The notes under the pieces: model-generated
Seen by the model: only the letters and a program-made list of their open reading frames with translations
Told to the model about the DNA's origin: nothing
The model's database searches: none
Shown: positions 1 to 9,425 of the stretch, one piece after another
Numbering within the stretch: position 1 is the stretch's first letter
How the letters are laid out: every line of letters starts with the position of its first letter
Program-made: the position numbers and the translations under genes
Source: an uncultured Verrucomicrobiae bacterium
Lineage (GTDB): Bacteria > Chlamydiota > Chlamydiia > Chlamydiales > Rhabdochlamydiaceae
Length of the DNA stretch: 64,000 nt
Direction: 5' to 3'
NCBI GenBank assembly: GCA_963718565.1
Contig: OY970364.1
Span: 32,001-96,000 of the forward strand

Positions 1-2
1 AA

Positions 3-734
3 GCTTATGCAGCGGCCAAACTCCCCTCTGAGGTCCCCCTAGATCAAGTGGCTAATGTCATTCTTCAGAATTGTGGCGTAGAGATGTTAATCGTCACGCG
101 CTCGGAAGCCGGAATCTCTTTGTTTAATAAGGCGGGCCAGCAATTTGATTTTCCTGTGCGCTCAAAAGAAGTGAAAGATGTCACAGGTGCAGGAGATACT
201 GTTCTTTCCATGATCAGTGTGGCCCTTGCTAATAAATTAGATATCAAATATGGCGCTCAGCTTGCCAATATCGCAGCAGGAATGGCGATCGAAAGATTAG
301 GCTGCGCCCGCATTAATCTCTCCGAGATGGCCGAACGCCTTTTAGAGTTTGATGTCGAAAATAAGATCTTTGATGAAGAACATCTGTTTGCCCTCCAACA
401 AGCCTTGAAGGGAAAGCGTTATACGGTCTTAGGACTGAACAGTGCGCATGGGATGTCAACCGCTCTTTTCCGCTCTTTGCGCAAGCTGTCTTCTAAGGAC
501 AGAGAGAAAAAGTTGATCGTCTATGTGCGCGACAGTGATCCTGATACTGAATTTGTCTCGCTTCTCTCTTCTCTTGCAGAAGTCGATTTCATTGTCCTCA
601 AATGCGAAAGCTTAAAAAACCTTTGCGATATTATCCATCCGGATCAAGTTTTTATTATGGAAGAGGATAAACTGGTCACTCTGGATCACGCCACAGCGCT
701 GCTTTCCAGGGTAAGAGAGAGTTCTCAAGCTTAA
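3..734 (+). CDS. hldE: Bifunctional ADP-heptose synthase HldE/RfaE, 3' part (PfkB kinase C-terminus plus degenerate nucleotidyltransferase-like domain); 5' end lies outside the window
   Basis: PfkB motif VKDVTGAGDTV; the frame is open from the window start. Confidence 0.75.
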   Translation, partial: AYAAAKLPSEVPLDQVANVILQNCGVEMLIVTRSEAGISLFNKAGQQFDFPVRSKEVKDVTGAGDTVLSMISVALANKLDIKYGAQLANIAAGMAIERLGCARINLSEMAERLLEFDVENKIFDEEHLFALQQALKGKRYTVLGLNSAHGMSTALFRSLRKLSSKDREKKLIVYVRDSDPDTEFVSLLSSLAEVDFIVLKCESLKNLCDIIHPDQVFIMEEDKLVTLDHATALLSRVRESSQA

Positions 735-814
735 CATTAAAACATTTAATGTGTTTTATGTTAAGGCCTCCTATAGTATGCTCTCTCTTGCTTAATTAGT
801 GAGAGGGGAGTTCA

Positions 815-1621
815 ATGAAAAGATACATTTTACCTTTGTTAACGGCGACGACAGTTGTGACGACAGGAGGCTTTGCCGAAGAAGAGAAGCCTAAAGTTTC
901 TATTTGTCAAGAGGCTGAATCTCAGGTTGCTGAAAGCCCTGTTCAACAAACCCTTCAAGAAACAAGAAAAAAACTTTCCGAGCTCGTGCATAATGATTCA
1001 GTGGTGATGAAAAACTTTGATCATCTTTCTGAAGGTCTCCTTGCTGCTTTTCAAAAGGAAAAGAGTATGACAGCTCAAGAGATTCAAGAAATTTGTTCTG
1101 GAGTTAGTTTTGCCGCTGAAAAGCATCGTTTCCAAACACGCAAAAACAAAGAAAAAACAGCTTACATTTCACATCCCATCGGTGTTGCCTATCATCTGGT
1201 GGATATCGGCGAAGTGAGAGAGATTTCGATCATTATTGGTGCTCTTCTACACGATACTGTCGAAGACACACAAACGACATTCGAAGAAATTGAGAATAAG
1301 TTTGGCAAACAAGTCGCCAGCTTAGTGCGTGAGGTGACGGATGATAAATCTCTTTCTAGAGAAGCTCGTCAGCGTCTTCAAGTGATCAATGCCTCCCACA
1401 AATCGAAAGGAGCAGCGCAAATTAAGCTTGCCGACAAGCTGTTTAACCTTAGTGATCTTTATAACAATCCTCCGCCTGACTGGACGCAAACCCGTATCGA
1501 CAGATATTACGAATGGGCCCAATCGGTGGTGGATCGTCTTCCTGCTTCTAATGATAAACTCCACGAGGCAGTCGAGGAGATCATCAATCAATATTGGGAA
1601 AAACAGGCTCCAAAAAAATAA
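815..1621 (+). CDS. HD-domain small alarmone hydrolase (Mesh1/SAH-like) with a putative signal peptide
   Basis: Motifs H..Q.RK, YISHP, LLHDTVEDT, EVTDDK, IKLADKL.NL; N-terminus MKRYILPLLTATTVVTTGGFA. Confidence 0.8.
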   Translation: MKRYILPLLTATTVVTTGGFAEEEKPKVSICQEAESQVAESPVQQTLQETRKKLSELVHNDSVVMKNFDHLSEGLLAAFQKEKSMTAQEIQEICSGVSFAAEKHRFQTRKNKEKTAYISHPIGVAYHLVDIGEVREISIIIGALLHDTVEDTQTTFEEIENKFGKQVASLVREVTDDKSLSREARQRLQVINASHKSKGAAQIKLADKLFNLSDLYNNPPPDWTQTRIDRYYEWAQSVVDRLPASNDKLHEAVEEIINQYWEKQAPKK

Positions 1622-1646
1622 ACCCAAAACTTTTGCAAGTGGCTCT

Positions 1647-2558
1647 TTAAGCTAAATGGCGTAGCCGATCGATCCGTTGTTCGAGAGGTGGGTGAGTGGC
1701 AAACAGCATCATCAAACCGCTTTTTCCGTGCGTAGAAATTTTAAGAGCCTGAAAAGAAGGTTTTTCTGTCTGTGGATCGCGGATCTGCTGCATCCTTTGC
1801 AGAGATTCTAAAGCGGCAATCATGTTGTTTTTTCCAGCTAAATCAGCACCCCCGCGGTCGGCGCGAAATTCGCGGAATCTCGAGAACCAGCAGACAACAA
1901 TCGAGCCTAAAATCATAAATACAACTTCAAAAAGGAAGACAAAGATCATGTAGCTAACGTAGGATCCGGAAGATCCTTGATCTCGGCTGCGGCCCATCCC
2001 CGAAAAAACATAGGCGAGGACGCGGGCGAGGAACATGACAAAGGCGTTGACGACTCCTTGAATTAAGGCCATTGTCACCATGTCACCGTTAGAAATATGG
2101 GAAATCTCATGAGCGAGCACGCCCTCCAATTCTTTTTGCGACATCTTACGCAAAAGGCCTGTTGAAACGGCGATGAGAGAGCGCCTTTTGGTTGGACCTG
2201 TCGCAAAGGCATTGGGCTCAGGAGATTCAAAAATGCCAACCTCAGGCATATCAGGGAGATGAGCATCGCGAGCAAGTTGATGAACCGTTGCAATCAAATG
2301 GCGAAGTTCAGAATCGCTCGTATCGGGATTGATGACATGAACGCCCATCATCCATTTTGCCATTTGTTTGGAGAGTGCAAGCGAAATAAAAGCACCCCCC
2401 ATGCCCCAAATAAAGCAAAAGATCAATAGGGATTGAATATTGAGTCCATATCCTTGTAAAAAGGGTTGAACGTGAAAAATATTGAGAATGATGGATAGGG
2501 TAACGACAACGAGAATATTGACTGCAAAAAATAAAAAAATCCGTTTAGCCATAGCCAT
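1647..2558 (-). CDS. htpX: Zinc metalloprotease HtpX (M48)
   Basis: PNAFATG, HEISH, NGDMVTM, REFRAD, THPPLEQRI. Confidence 0.93.
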   Translation of the reverse strand: MAMAKRIFLFFAVNILVVVTLSIILNIFHVQPFLQGYGLNIQSLLIFCFIWGMGGAFISLALSKQMAKWMMGVHVINPDTSDSELRHLIATVHQLARDAHLPDMPEVGIFESPEPNAFATGPTKRRSLIAVSTGLLRKMSQKELEGVLAHEISHISNGDMVTMALIQGVVNAFVMFLARVLAYVFSGMGRSRDQGSSGSYVSYMIFVFLFEVVFMILGSIVVCWFSRFREFRADRGGADLAGKNNMIAALESLQRMQQIRDPQTEKPSFQALKISTHGKSGLMMLFATHPPLEQRIDRLRHLA

Positions 2559-2623
2559 AACAACACCTTAAAAATTGAATCTCAATTATGCCCTCAGGTT
2601 CTCTTGCTGTCAAGGGTAGTAAA

Positions 2624-2695
2624 GAGGGAATTGCAAAACTCCTCGCCGCATAAAATCATCGATTTTCTGCTGACGAGGAGTTTTGCAATTCCCTC
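2624..2695. mobile_element. Palindromic MITE family A, 72 bp
   Basis: Perfect 22-bp TIR GAGGGAATTGCAAAACTCCTCG; 4-bp direct repeat TAAA at 2620-2623 and 2696-2699. Confidence 0.85.
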
Positions 2696-2796
2696 TAAAG
2701 TATGAGAATTTCCTTTGCATAATAATTCGAAAATGTGTCATTTAGGACATTCAAATTTCCTTTTCGCACACTTTTTAACTGAGGTCTTGAGCGCAA

Positions 2797-3033
2797 ATGG
2801 TCATCGAACTCCGAAAAAGAGCAAAATGTAAAAGCAATCTTTCGTCTCAAGATTTACGTAATGCATTGGCAGAAAAAAATGCCTGCTATGTATTGATCAC
2901 TTGTGGTGAGCCAACAGAAGATGGTAAAATGGAGGTTGAAATGACTTTCGAGGGAGATGCTTCATTAGCAGCTTATCTTCTCGAAAGTGCACAGGGTCTC
3001 ATTGAAAGTCAAACTGAAGCTTCCCTCACTTGA
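2797..3033 (+). CDS. Small hypothetical protein
   Basis: 78-aa ORF with an upstream GAGG; co-oriented with the downstream genes. Confidence 0.65.
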   Translation: MVIELRKRAKCKSNLSSQDLRNALAEKNACYVLITCGEPTEDGKMEVEMTFEGDASLAAYLLESAQGLIESQTEASLT

Positions 3034-3123
3034 GTATGTGAATCTTTTTTGCTGCTCATTTCGGTCTACTCAGCAAGTTATACTGTGCACGGTATAAATC
3101 ACGTCCCAGCTACAGAGGTAAAA

Positions 3124-4509
3124 ATGAGCTCACTTTCTCCGGAACAACTGAAAAAATGGTATAAGGAACACTACGACCAGACGATCAAGGACTTTTTCAC
3201 TTTCTTGAGTTTTCCAAGCATTAGTACAGATCCCAATTGTGAACAGGATTCACGTCGTACAGCAGATTGGCTATGCAATTACATGAAAAGTATTGGCTTA
3301 GAGGCCACTCTTTGGGAAACCCCAGGACTCCCTGTAGTTTTTGGCACGCATTTAAAAGCGGGAAAAGATTGTCCGACTCTTCTGATCTATCATCATTATG
3401 ATGTCCAGCCTGTTGACCCTCTCGATCTATGGAAGAGTGATCCGTTCAAACCTGTCATCAAGAATAATCAAGTATTTGCCAGGGGCGCTGCCGATAACAA
3501 AGGACAATGCTTCTATTCATTGACAGCTCTAAAGGCATTTCTCGAACTTTCTAAAGAATTTAACTTCAATATTAAAATATTTATCGAGGGCGAGGAAGAA
3601 TCAGGCGGTCGAGGGACTGCAGCGATCTTAAAACAGAAAGAAGCGGAGCTCAAAGCAGACCATCTATTGGTTATCGATTTTGATGTTCCTAATGCAGCAA
3701 CGCCAGCAATCACATTGGGCATGCGCGGTCTTGTCGGCCTCAACGTTGAATGTTCCAATTTATCTACCGATCTTCATTCAGGTGTGCATGGCGGCATTGT
3801 TTTAAATGCTAATCGCGCTCTTGTGACATTGCTTGCAGGGATATGGAATAAGAATGGAAAAGTGCAGATCCCACATTTTTATGATGACGTTCGCCCTCTG
3901 CCCAAGGAACATCTATCGCGGGTCGATATGTCCTTTGATGTCGAGCAATATAAGAAGAGTTTCGGAGTAGAAGCATTTTGTCCTGAAGAAGGATATTCGA
4001 TCAAAGAATCCAACTGGCTGCGTCCCACTTTTGAAATCAATGGAATGTGGGGCGGCTATACCGGACTGGGGTTCAAAACAGTCATTCCCGCTAAAGCTTA
4101 TGCAAGAATTTCATGTCGCCTTGTTCCCGATCAAGATCCAGAAAAAATCGCAAAAGACATCGCCGAATATCTTAAAAGGGAAGCACCTAAAGGCATAGAA
4201 ATCAAGGTCGAATTGCATCATGGGGCAAATGCTTACCGCAGCGCTCTTGATTCTTTTATTGTCAAAACTGCCGCTTTAGCCTATGAAGAAGTATTTGGCA
4301 AGCCATGTAAGTACCTCTTTTGCGGGGCCTCCGTTCCGATCGTCGTCGATCTTGTCCGTGCTTCTAAAGCTGAAGTGGCCATGATCGGGGTTGGTCTTGC
4401 TGATGATGACATTCATGCTCCTAATGAGCATTTTGGCCTCGATCGATTTGAACTGGGGTATTTGACCATCGGAAGAATTTTAAGCCGGCTTTCCACTGGC
4501 GGTCTCTAA
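3124..4509 (+). CDS. M20 family dipeptidase/amidohydrolase
   Basis: HYDVQP, RGAADNKG, EGEEESG, DLHSG, HAPNE; ATG at 3124 follows GAGGT. Confidence 0.9.
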   Translation: MSSLSPEQLKKWYKEHYDQTIKDFFTFLSFPSISTDPNCEQDSRRTADWLCNYMKSIGLEATLWETPGLPVVFGTHLKAGKDCPTLLIYHHYDVQPVDPLDLWKSDPFKPVIKNNQVFARGAADNKGQCFYSLTALKAFLELSKEFNFNIKIFIEGEEESGGRGTAAILKQKEAELKADHLLVIDFDVPNAATPAITLGMRGLVGLNVECSNLSTDLHSGVHGGIVLNANRALVTLLAGIWNKNGKVQIPHFYDDVRPLPKEHLSRVDMSFDVEQYKKSFGVEAFCPEEGYSIKESNWLRPTFEINGMWGGYTGLGFKTVIPAKAYARISCRLVPDQDPEKIAKDIAEYLKREAPKGIEIKVELHHGANAYRSALDSFIVKTAALAYEEVFGKPCKYLFCGASVPIVVDLVRASKAEVAMIGVGLADDDIHAPNEHFGLDRFELGYLTIGRILSRLSTGGL

Positions 4510-4552
4510 GGGCCGCTAGTCTAATTAAAGATTAAAAAAGTGGGAGAAAGGG

Positions 4553-5518
4553 ATGCAACACACAAATGACCTGAAGTTTCTCACCAAAGAGAATGTTCCT
4601 GTTAATCTGTCTTTATGGAATCAAATCGGTCCTTTTTTATTATTGGGCGCTTTCACCCTTCTTATTTTCAGGTATGCTCCCTTCTTCTCGCTGCTTCTTT
4701 TGACCTCGATTGTCGGTTACGCAGCTAATCTATTTTGGAAAAAAAGGGGATTTTATTTTTCTTTATTTAGCCTCATGGCTGTATCGATTTATACCATCCG
4801 ATCAGGCGTAGATCCTTTCTGGTCTTCTCTGTTCTCTGCTTCGATCGCGCTATCCTGGCTGCTCATATTTTTAGGAAAACAGGAATTCGAAACCCTTTCT
4901 TCGGGTCGAGAAGAAAACATTAAGATTCTTAAGGAAAGATGTGAAACCCTTTCGCAAGACATCTTTGCTTATCAACGCAAGGAAATCGCTTTCCAACACG
5001 GTCTTGAAGATGCACAGTCCCAGCTTTTAAAACTGAAAAATCAACTATACTGCAATCAGCCTGTCGAACAGAATAAGGAAAGCAAACCCGTTTCTGCGAA
5101 CATCATTCCTCAAGAAGAAAATGATCCGCAGGAAAAGGCGCGGCGAGAGCATGTCCAGCGTCAATATACTCTCCTTAGAGAGCAATTCGATGAAAAATCT
5201 GAGGCTCTCGACCAGGCGCGCAAAGATCTCTTTCGAGTCGAGAATGAACTTTTGGCATTACAAAGCATTTATCATGAAAAGACCTTAGAAATCCCTGAAG
5301 AAGATAGATTTCTAATGTCAGATTTGAAGAGGACAGAAGAGGAATGTGCTGAACTTGAGGCACAAGTCTTAGCTCTACAAGAATTGATTTCTGCGCTCCT
5401 TAGCCATAAGAAGCGTGCGGTCCGATCCCGCAAATCCCTAGACACTCAGGAAAGGCTACCTCTTTTGATCCAAGAAAAAATCGATCAGACCATCTCTAGT
5501 GATTCGACGTCAGGTTAA
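4553..5518 (+). CDS. Hypothetical membrane protein with a C-terminal coiled coil
   Basis: About four hydrophobic segments followed by a heptad-rich region. Confidence 0.7.
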   Translation: MQHTNDLKFLTKENVPVNLSLWNQIGPFLLLGAFTLLIFRYAPFFSLLLLTSIVGYAANLFWKKRGFYFSLFSLMAVSIYTIRSGVDPFWSSLFSASIALSWLLIFLGKQEFETLSSGREENIKILKERCETLSQDIFAYQRKEIAFQHGLEDAQSQLLKLKNQLYCNQPVEQNKESKPVSANIIPQEENDPQEKARREHVQRQYTLLREQFDEKSEALDQARKDLFRVENELLALQSIYHEKTLEIPEEDRFLMSDLKRTEEECAELEAQVLALQELISALLSHKKRAVRSRKSLDTQERLPLLIQEKIDQTISSDSTSG

Positions 5519-5523
5519 AACCT

Positions 5524-6390
5524 TCAGGTTAAAATTTCGTGTCCATCTTCTGTGATGAGAAGGGTGTGTTCCCATTGCGCGCTCGGCTTTCCGTCTTTTG
5601 TGCGCGCTGTCCAATGGTCGTATGGGTCGACATAGCCTTCGCGTACGCCAGCATTGATCATTGGCTCAATAGTGAAAGTCATTCCGGTGGCAAGCGGAAT
5701 TTTAATCTGATTGTAGTGATGGGGGATTTGCGGCGGCTCATGAAAATGAACGCCTGTTCCATGGCCGACAAATAGATTGACGACGGAGCAGCCTTGCCCC
5801 GTCGCGTAAGATTCAATGACATTGCCAATTTCGTAAATCATGACACCGGGCTTCAAAATGGCAATCGATCGCATGAGGCATTCATAGGACACATTCACCA
5901 CTTTTTGTTTTTCAGCATCGACTGTGCCAATGGTGACCATCCGGCTACAGTCTCCGTAATAACCGTTGAGAATGCAGGTCACATCGATATTGACAATGTC
6001 CCCCTCTTTGAGAGGAGTTTCATCCGGAATGCCGTGGCAGATGACGTCATTTAAAGAAGTACAAATGCTTTTGGGAAAGGGAGGATTCCCATAGCCAAGG
6101 GGAGCGGGAATGGTGCCCGCCTCGAGATGGAGTTGATGGGCGTAGGCATTGAGGGCATTTGTGGTCACTCCTGGTTTGGCCATTTTGCACGTTTTATCCA
6201 GGATTTGGGCTGCTAATTTACAAGAGCGTCGAATGCCCCGGATCTGTTCTGCAGTCTTTAAAAGGATCCCATATTTTTTTAGATACTGCTCTGAGAGGAA
6301 GGATGGCGATCCTGGTCCAGGATTTGGGAAATGACATTTTTTCCATTTTTGTCCACTTCCGCACCAACAGAGATCATTTCGAGAAACCAT
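5524..6390 (-). CDS. map: Methionine aminopeptidase with an N-terminal SEC-C motif
   Basis: RNDLCWCGSGQKWKKCH; ICHGIP, DVT, GDCSR, GHG.G..FHE, EPM, QWEHT. Confidence 0.95.
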   Translation of the reverse strand: MVSRNDLCWCGSGQKWKKCHFPNPGPGSPSFLSEQYLKKYGILLKTAEQIRGIRRSCKLAAQILDKTCKMAKPGVTTNALNAYAHQLHLEAGTIPAPLGYGNPPFPKSICTSLNDVICHGIPDETPLKEGDIVNIDVTCILNGYYGDCSRMVTIGTVDAEKQKVVNVSYECLMRSIAILKPGVMIYEIGNVIESYATGQGCSVVNLFVGHGTGVHFHEPPQIPHHYNQIKIPLATGMTFTIEPMINAGVREGYVDPYDHWTARTKDGKPSAQWEHTLLITEDGHEILT

Positions 6391-6405
6391 GAATTTACAC
6401 TCAGG

Positions 6406-7170
6406 TTAATAACACACACGTTTCAAAATTAAGCCATGCGCAGGGGCGGTGATGCCAGCTAAGGTACGGTCTTTGCTTGCCAAGATCATCGGGATTTGAT
6501 CTGCCTTGATCTTTCCGCATCCCACGTAAGCAAGGGTCCCTGCGATATTACGCGCCATTCTAAATAGAAAATGATCGCCCGTCATACAAATGTTAAGACG
6601 GTTTTCAGAATGAAAGAGAATTTCAGTGTTCTCGATTCGGCAAATCGGATCGCGGTCCCACAGGGAGCGCTCATTGCAAAAGGCCGAAAAATCATAAGTG
6701 CCGATGAGGTATTCTGCGGCTTTTCTCATCTTTTCGATATCTAAAAAATATGGGAAGTGCCAGGAAGTATGACGGAGAAATGGCAGCTGCAAAAATCCAT
6801 GGCAAATCTGATACCTATATTCTTTTTTCACACAAGAAAGCGTGGGATGGAAATCCTCGCGCATCTCTTCAGCGCTGACAACGGCGATTTCTTTAGGGAG
6901 CATTCCGGGGGAATTGCAATTCCCTCTTCCATTTAAACTAGACTGCAAGGACTTTAAACAAAGAACTTTTGAAGTCATGAAATTGACGACTTGTCCTTCG
7001 GCGTGGACTCCCGCATCAGTGCGGCTAGCAGCTTGAAGCTTGATTTCATGTTGAAGGATTTGCCGAAGAGCCTTTTCTAAAGTTTCCTCAATACTCGGCC
7101 CCATTTTGGTTTTTTGCCAACCCACAAAAGAGGCACCGAAATAGGTAATGACGAGTTTAATATTAGACAT
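6406..7170 (-). CDS. truA: tRNA pseudouridine(38-40) synthase TruA carrying an 8-aa in-frame insertion
   Basis: SRTDAGVHA and TAPAHGL; start MSNIKLVI overlaps the marC stop (TAATG). Confidence 0.93.
   Translation of the reverse strand: MSNIKLVITYFGASFVGWQKTKMGPSIEETLEKALRQILQHEIKLQAASRTDAGVHAEGQVVNFMTSKVLCLKSLQSSLNGRGNCNSPGMLPKEIAVVSAEEMREDFHPTLSCVKKEYRYQICHGFLQLPFLRHTSWHFPYFLDIEKMRKAAEYLIGTYDFSAFCNERSLWDRDPICRIENTEILFHSENRLNICMTGDHFLFRMARNIAGTLAYVGCGKIKADQIPMILASKDRTLAGITAPAHGLILKRVCY
6907..6926. mobile_element. Collapsed family A footprint, in frame within truA
   Basis: GGGGGAATTGCAATTCCCTC flanked by TTCC at 6903-6906 and 6927-6930; net +24 bp. Confidence 0.8.
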
Positions 7171-7997
7171 TACTTGGAAACGTAGTTTATACCGAAACAA
7201 CATGAAGAATCGGTTTTTGGCTGCGCTGGACATCCCAGATTTTGATCCCGGCTGCATCTCACAACTTGTTCAGTGTGCCTGCTTCCCTGACAAAAGAGCA
7301 ATCGTGCTCTTTTGTAAGTGTCCGCAGCGCCGCCGCTTCGCTGGTTCAAACTCCGGGCGCCAGCTTTGCCAAAATCTCGATTCTTCATGTTGTTTCGGTA
7401 TACGAACATATCGGTTCCTTCGAGGAACATCTGCACAGCGATCAACGTCAAGATTAGGCCCATCAATCTTTCACAAGCGACAAGGCCGCGCCATCCTAAA
7501 AGTTTCTTCCATAAAGAAGAACTGAGCAAAATCAGTGTCGAGGCTGCCCACGCAATGACGATAGCGCACAGAGGGAGCATTAAATCATTGTTGTGCTGGC
7601 CTGAATAGAGCATGACAGCGGCCAAAACCGCAGGACCAGCAACTAGAGGGGTTGCCAATGGAACGATGAAGGGTTCTTTATCGTGGGGAAGTTCAACGTC
7701 TGGATCTCTTCTACCCGGGAAAATCATTTTTAAAGCGATGAGGAAGAGAATGATTCCTCCTGAGATGAGGATTGTCGGCATTGTGACGTTGAGAAAACCG
7801 AGCAAAGCATCACCGATAAAATAGAACAGGATGATGATGATGAGCGCAATGATGAGTTCGCGGATAATGATTTTGTGATGTCGGCTCGCATCAATGTCTT
7901 TTAGTACCGAAACAAAAATTGGGACGTTTCCGATGGGATCCATCAGCAAAAAAAGCGCAAGCGCCATTGAGAACATATGCATCCACCAGGAGTCCAT
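7170..7997 (-). CDS. marC: MarC family membrane protein with a 71-aa in-frame MITE insertion near the C-terminus
   Basis: MDPIGN.P, PFIVPLATPLVAGP, ERLMGLIL. Confidence 0.9.
   Translation of the reverse strand: MDSWWMHMFSMALALFLLMDPIGNVPIFVSVLKDIDASRHHKIIIRELIIALIIIILFYFIGDALLGFLNVTMPTILISGGIILFLIALKMIFPGRRDPDVELPHDKEPFIVPLATPLVAGPAVLAAVMLYSGQHNNDLMLPLCAIVIAWAASTLILLSSSLWKKLLGWRGLVACERLMGLILTLIAVQMFLEGTDMFVYRNNMKNRDFGKAGARSLNQRSGGAADTYKRARLLFCQGSRHTEQVVRCSRDQNLGCPAQPKTDSSCCFGINYVSK
7190..7400. mobile_element. Palindromic MITE family E, 211 bp, IS630-type with TA target
   Basis: Perfect TIR TACCGAAACAACATGAAGAATCG at both ends; TA at 7188-7189 and 7401-7402; internal 11-bp hairpin at 7290-7315. 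Confidence 0.9.
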
Positions 7998-8014
7998 ATT
8001 TTACATCCCCTCTC

Positions 8015-9052
8015 TTATATGGATTCAGTTTCAATAATATCCCATAATTGATTTAAGAAACAGATCTGCCTTTCTTCAAGCGGGAATAGAAATAAAAGGA
8101 AGTCGTGATTTTTGCTAAAAGCCGCTTTTGTCCAATTGGCAGACCCCATCACGAGGATTTCTTCATCGATGACTGCCCATTTATGGTGCAAGAGCTCCTT
8201 TCCTTGGCTTAAAAAAAGACTTATCCCCTGCTTTTCTAATGTTTGGATCATTTTTTTGCTTGCGCCGCGGGCAGTATAAGCGTCCACTGCGATTGAGATA
8301 GCGATGCCGCGTCTTTTTGCGCACGAAAGCGCTTCGCCGATTTCAGGGTGCGTCAATGTGAACATGGCAATGGTGATTTTTCTTTTTGCCCTATTAATAG
8401 TATCGATGAGGCGAGAAAACCCGGTTTTGAGAGGATCTGGGAGGAGATAGAGCTCGCCTTGCTGGCGCTCGACCTTAAAAAAATAAGAAGTTGCCGTTGG
8501 ACACTCCAGGAAGGCAGCAAGTTGAGGATGATAAAGACCTACGACGAAATTCGCATGATGGTGTAAAGAAGTTGGAGTGAGATTGGCCGTGCCTAAAAAG
8601 ACCTGGGCTTTATCGACGAGGATGATTTTGCGGTGCATCAATCCCGATGTTTTAATAGGATGAATATGAACTGAAGAGGGCAGTAATTTTTTTAAAGGCG
8701 CAGAAGCTGAAGGGTCGTATTCAACAGAGATGGGAAAATTTTCAGAAGTTTTTTTGCGAATGGTGGCGAGGATCTCGGAATCTGTGATCCCATAAACACT
8801 TAAAAAAATGGACTGGTTGGCCTGATTTAAGGCTTGAAGGAATGTGAGCTTGATATCTTGTCGAGTCTGGTTTGAATAAAACCGGATCGGATGGTCTTGA
8901 TCAGGTAACCTGGCCCGCGTCGCAGAAAAAACAACCCAGGCGTAGAAACAAGCAAAACCGCCTATCAAGGAAAAGAACAAGACCCAACGGGGGATTTTTT
9001 TAATAGACGGTGACAGTGAAAGGGCTAATTTAAATACGTTCGCCTTTGGCAC
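8015..9052 (-). CDS. Phospholipase D superfamily protein; start uncertain
   Basis: Two HKD motifs: MHRKIILVD..GTAN and LHHKWAVID..GSAN. Confidence 0.88.
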   Translation of the reverse strand: MPKANVFKLALSLSPSIKKIPRWVLFFSLIGGFACFYAWVVFSATRARLPDQDHPIRFYSNQTRQDIKLTFLQALNQANQSIFLSVYGITDSEILATIRKKTSENFPISVEYDPSASAPLKKLLPSSVHIHPIKTSGLMHRKIILVDKAQVFLGTANLTPTSLHHHANFVVGLYHPQLAAFLECPTATSYFFKVERQQGELYLLPDPLKTGFSRLIDTINRAKRKITIAMFTLTHPEIGEALSCAKRRGIAISIAVDAYTARGASKKMIQTLEKQGISLFLSQGKELLHHKWAVIDEEILVMGSANWTKAAFSKNHDFLLFLFPLEERQICFLNQLWDIIETESI

Positions 9053-9305
9053 GCAAATCGCGAATGATCATTGGGAGTCCGACTTTATCGATGGTGCGCA
9101 AAGCATTCGTTGAAAGACGTAAAGTAACGAAACGATTCTCTTCAGCAAACCAGAGACGCTTCTTCTTCAGATTAGGTTGAAAACGCCGTTTTTTAATTCC
9201 AGTGATTTTCAAGCCGATTCCCTTTTTACTTTTTGCGATCCCGCGGATCGCATAAGACTTGCCGCGGACAGGGACTTTGCCAGTCACTTGACATCTCTTA
9301 GACAT
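9030..9305 (-). CDS. rpmB: 50S ribosomal protein L28
   Basis: MSKRCQVTGK...KRRFQPNL. Confidence 0.93.
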   Translation of the reverse strand: MSKRCQVTGKVPVRGKSYAIRGIAKSKKGIGLKITGIKKRRFQPNLKKKRLWFAEENRFVTLRLSTNALRTIDKVGLPMIIRDLRAKGERI

Positions 9306-9425
9306 GATTCTTCTCCTAAGAATTCTCAATGAAGGCGTCATCTTATCATCTTAAAACATATTGAACAAGAATATTTTCAGTGTTAATTTAAAAATTAAAC
9401 TTTGCAAATTCACAAATGCGTTTCT

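Noticed and set aside
7171..7257. 29-aa N-terminal extension of TruA in the ORF track
   Set aside because: It starts inside the family E MITE; the TAATG-coupled ATG at 7170 is more plausible.
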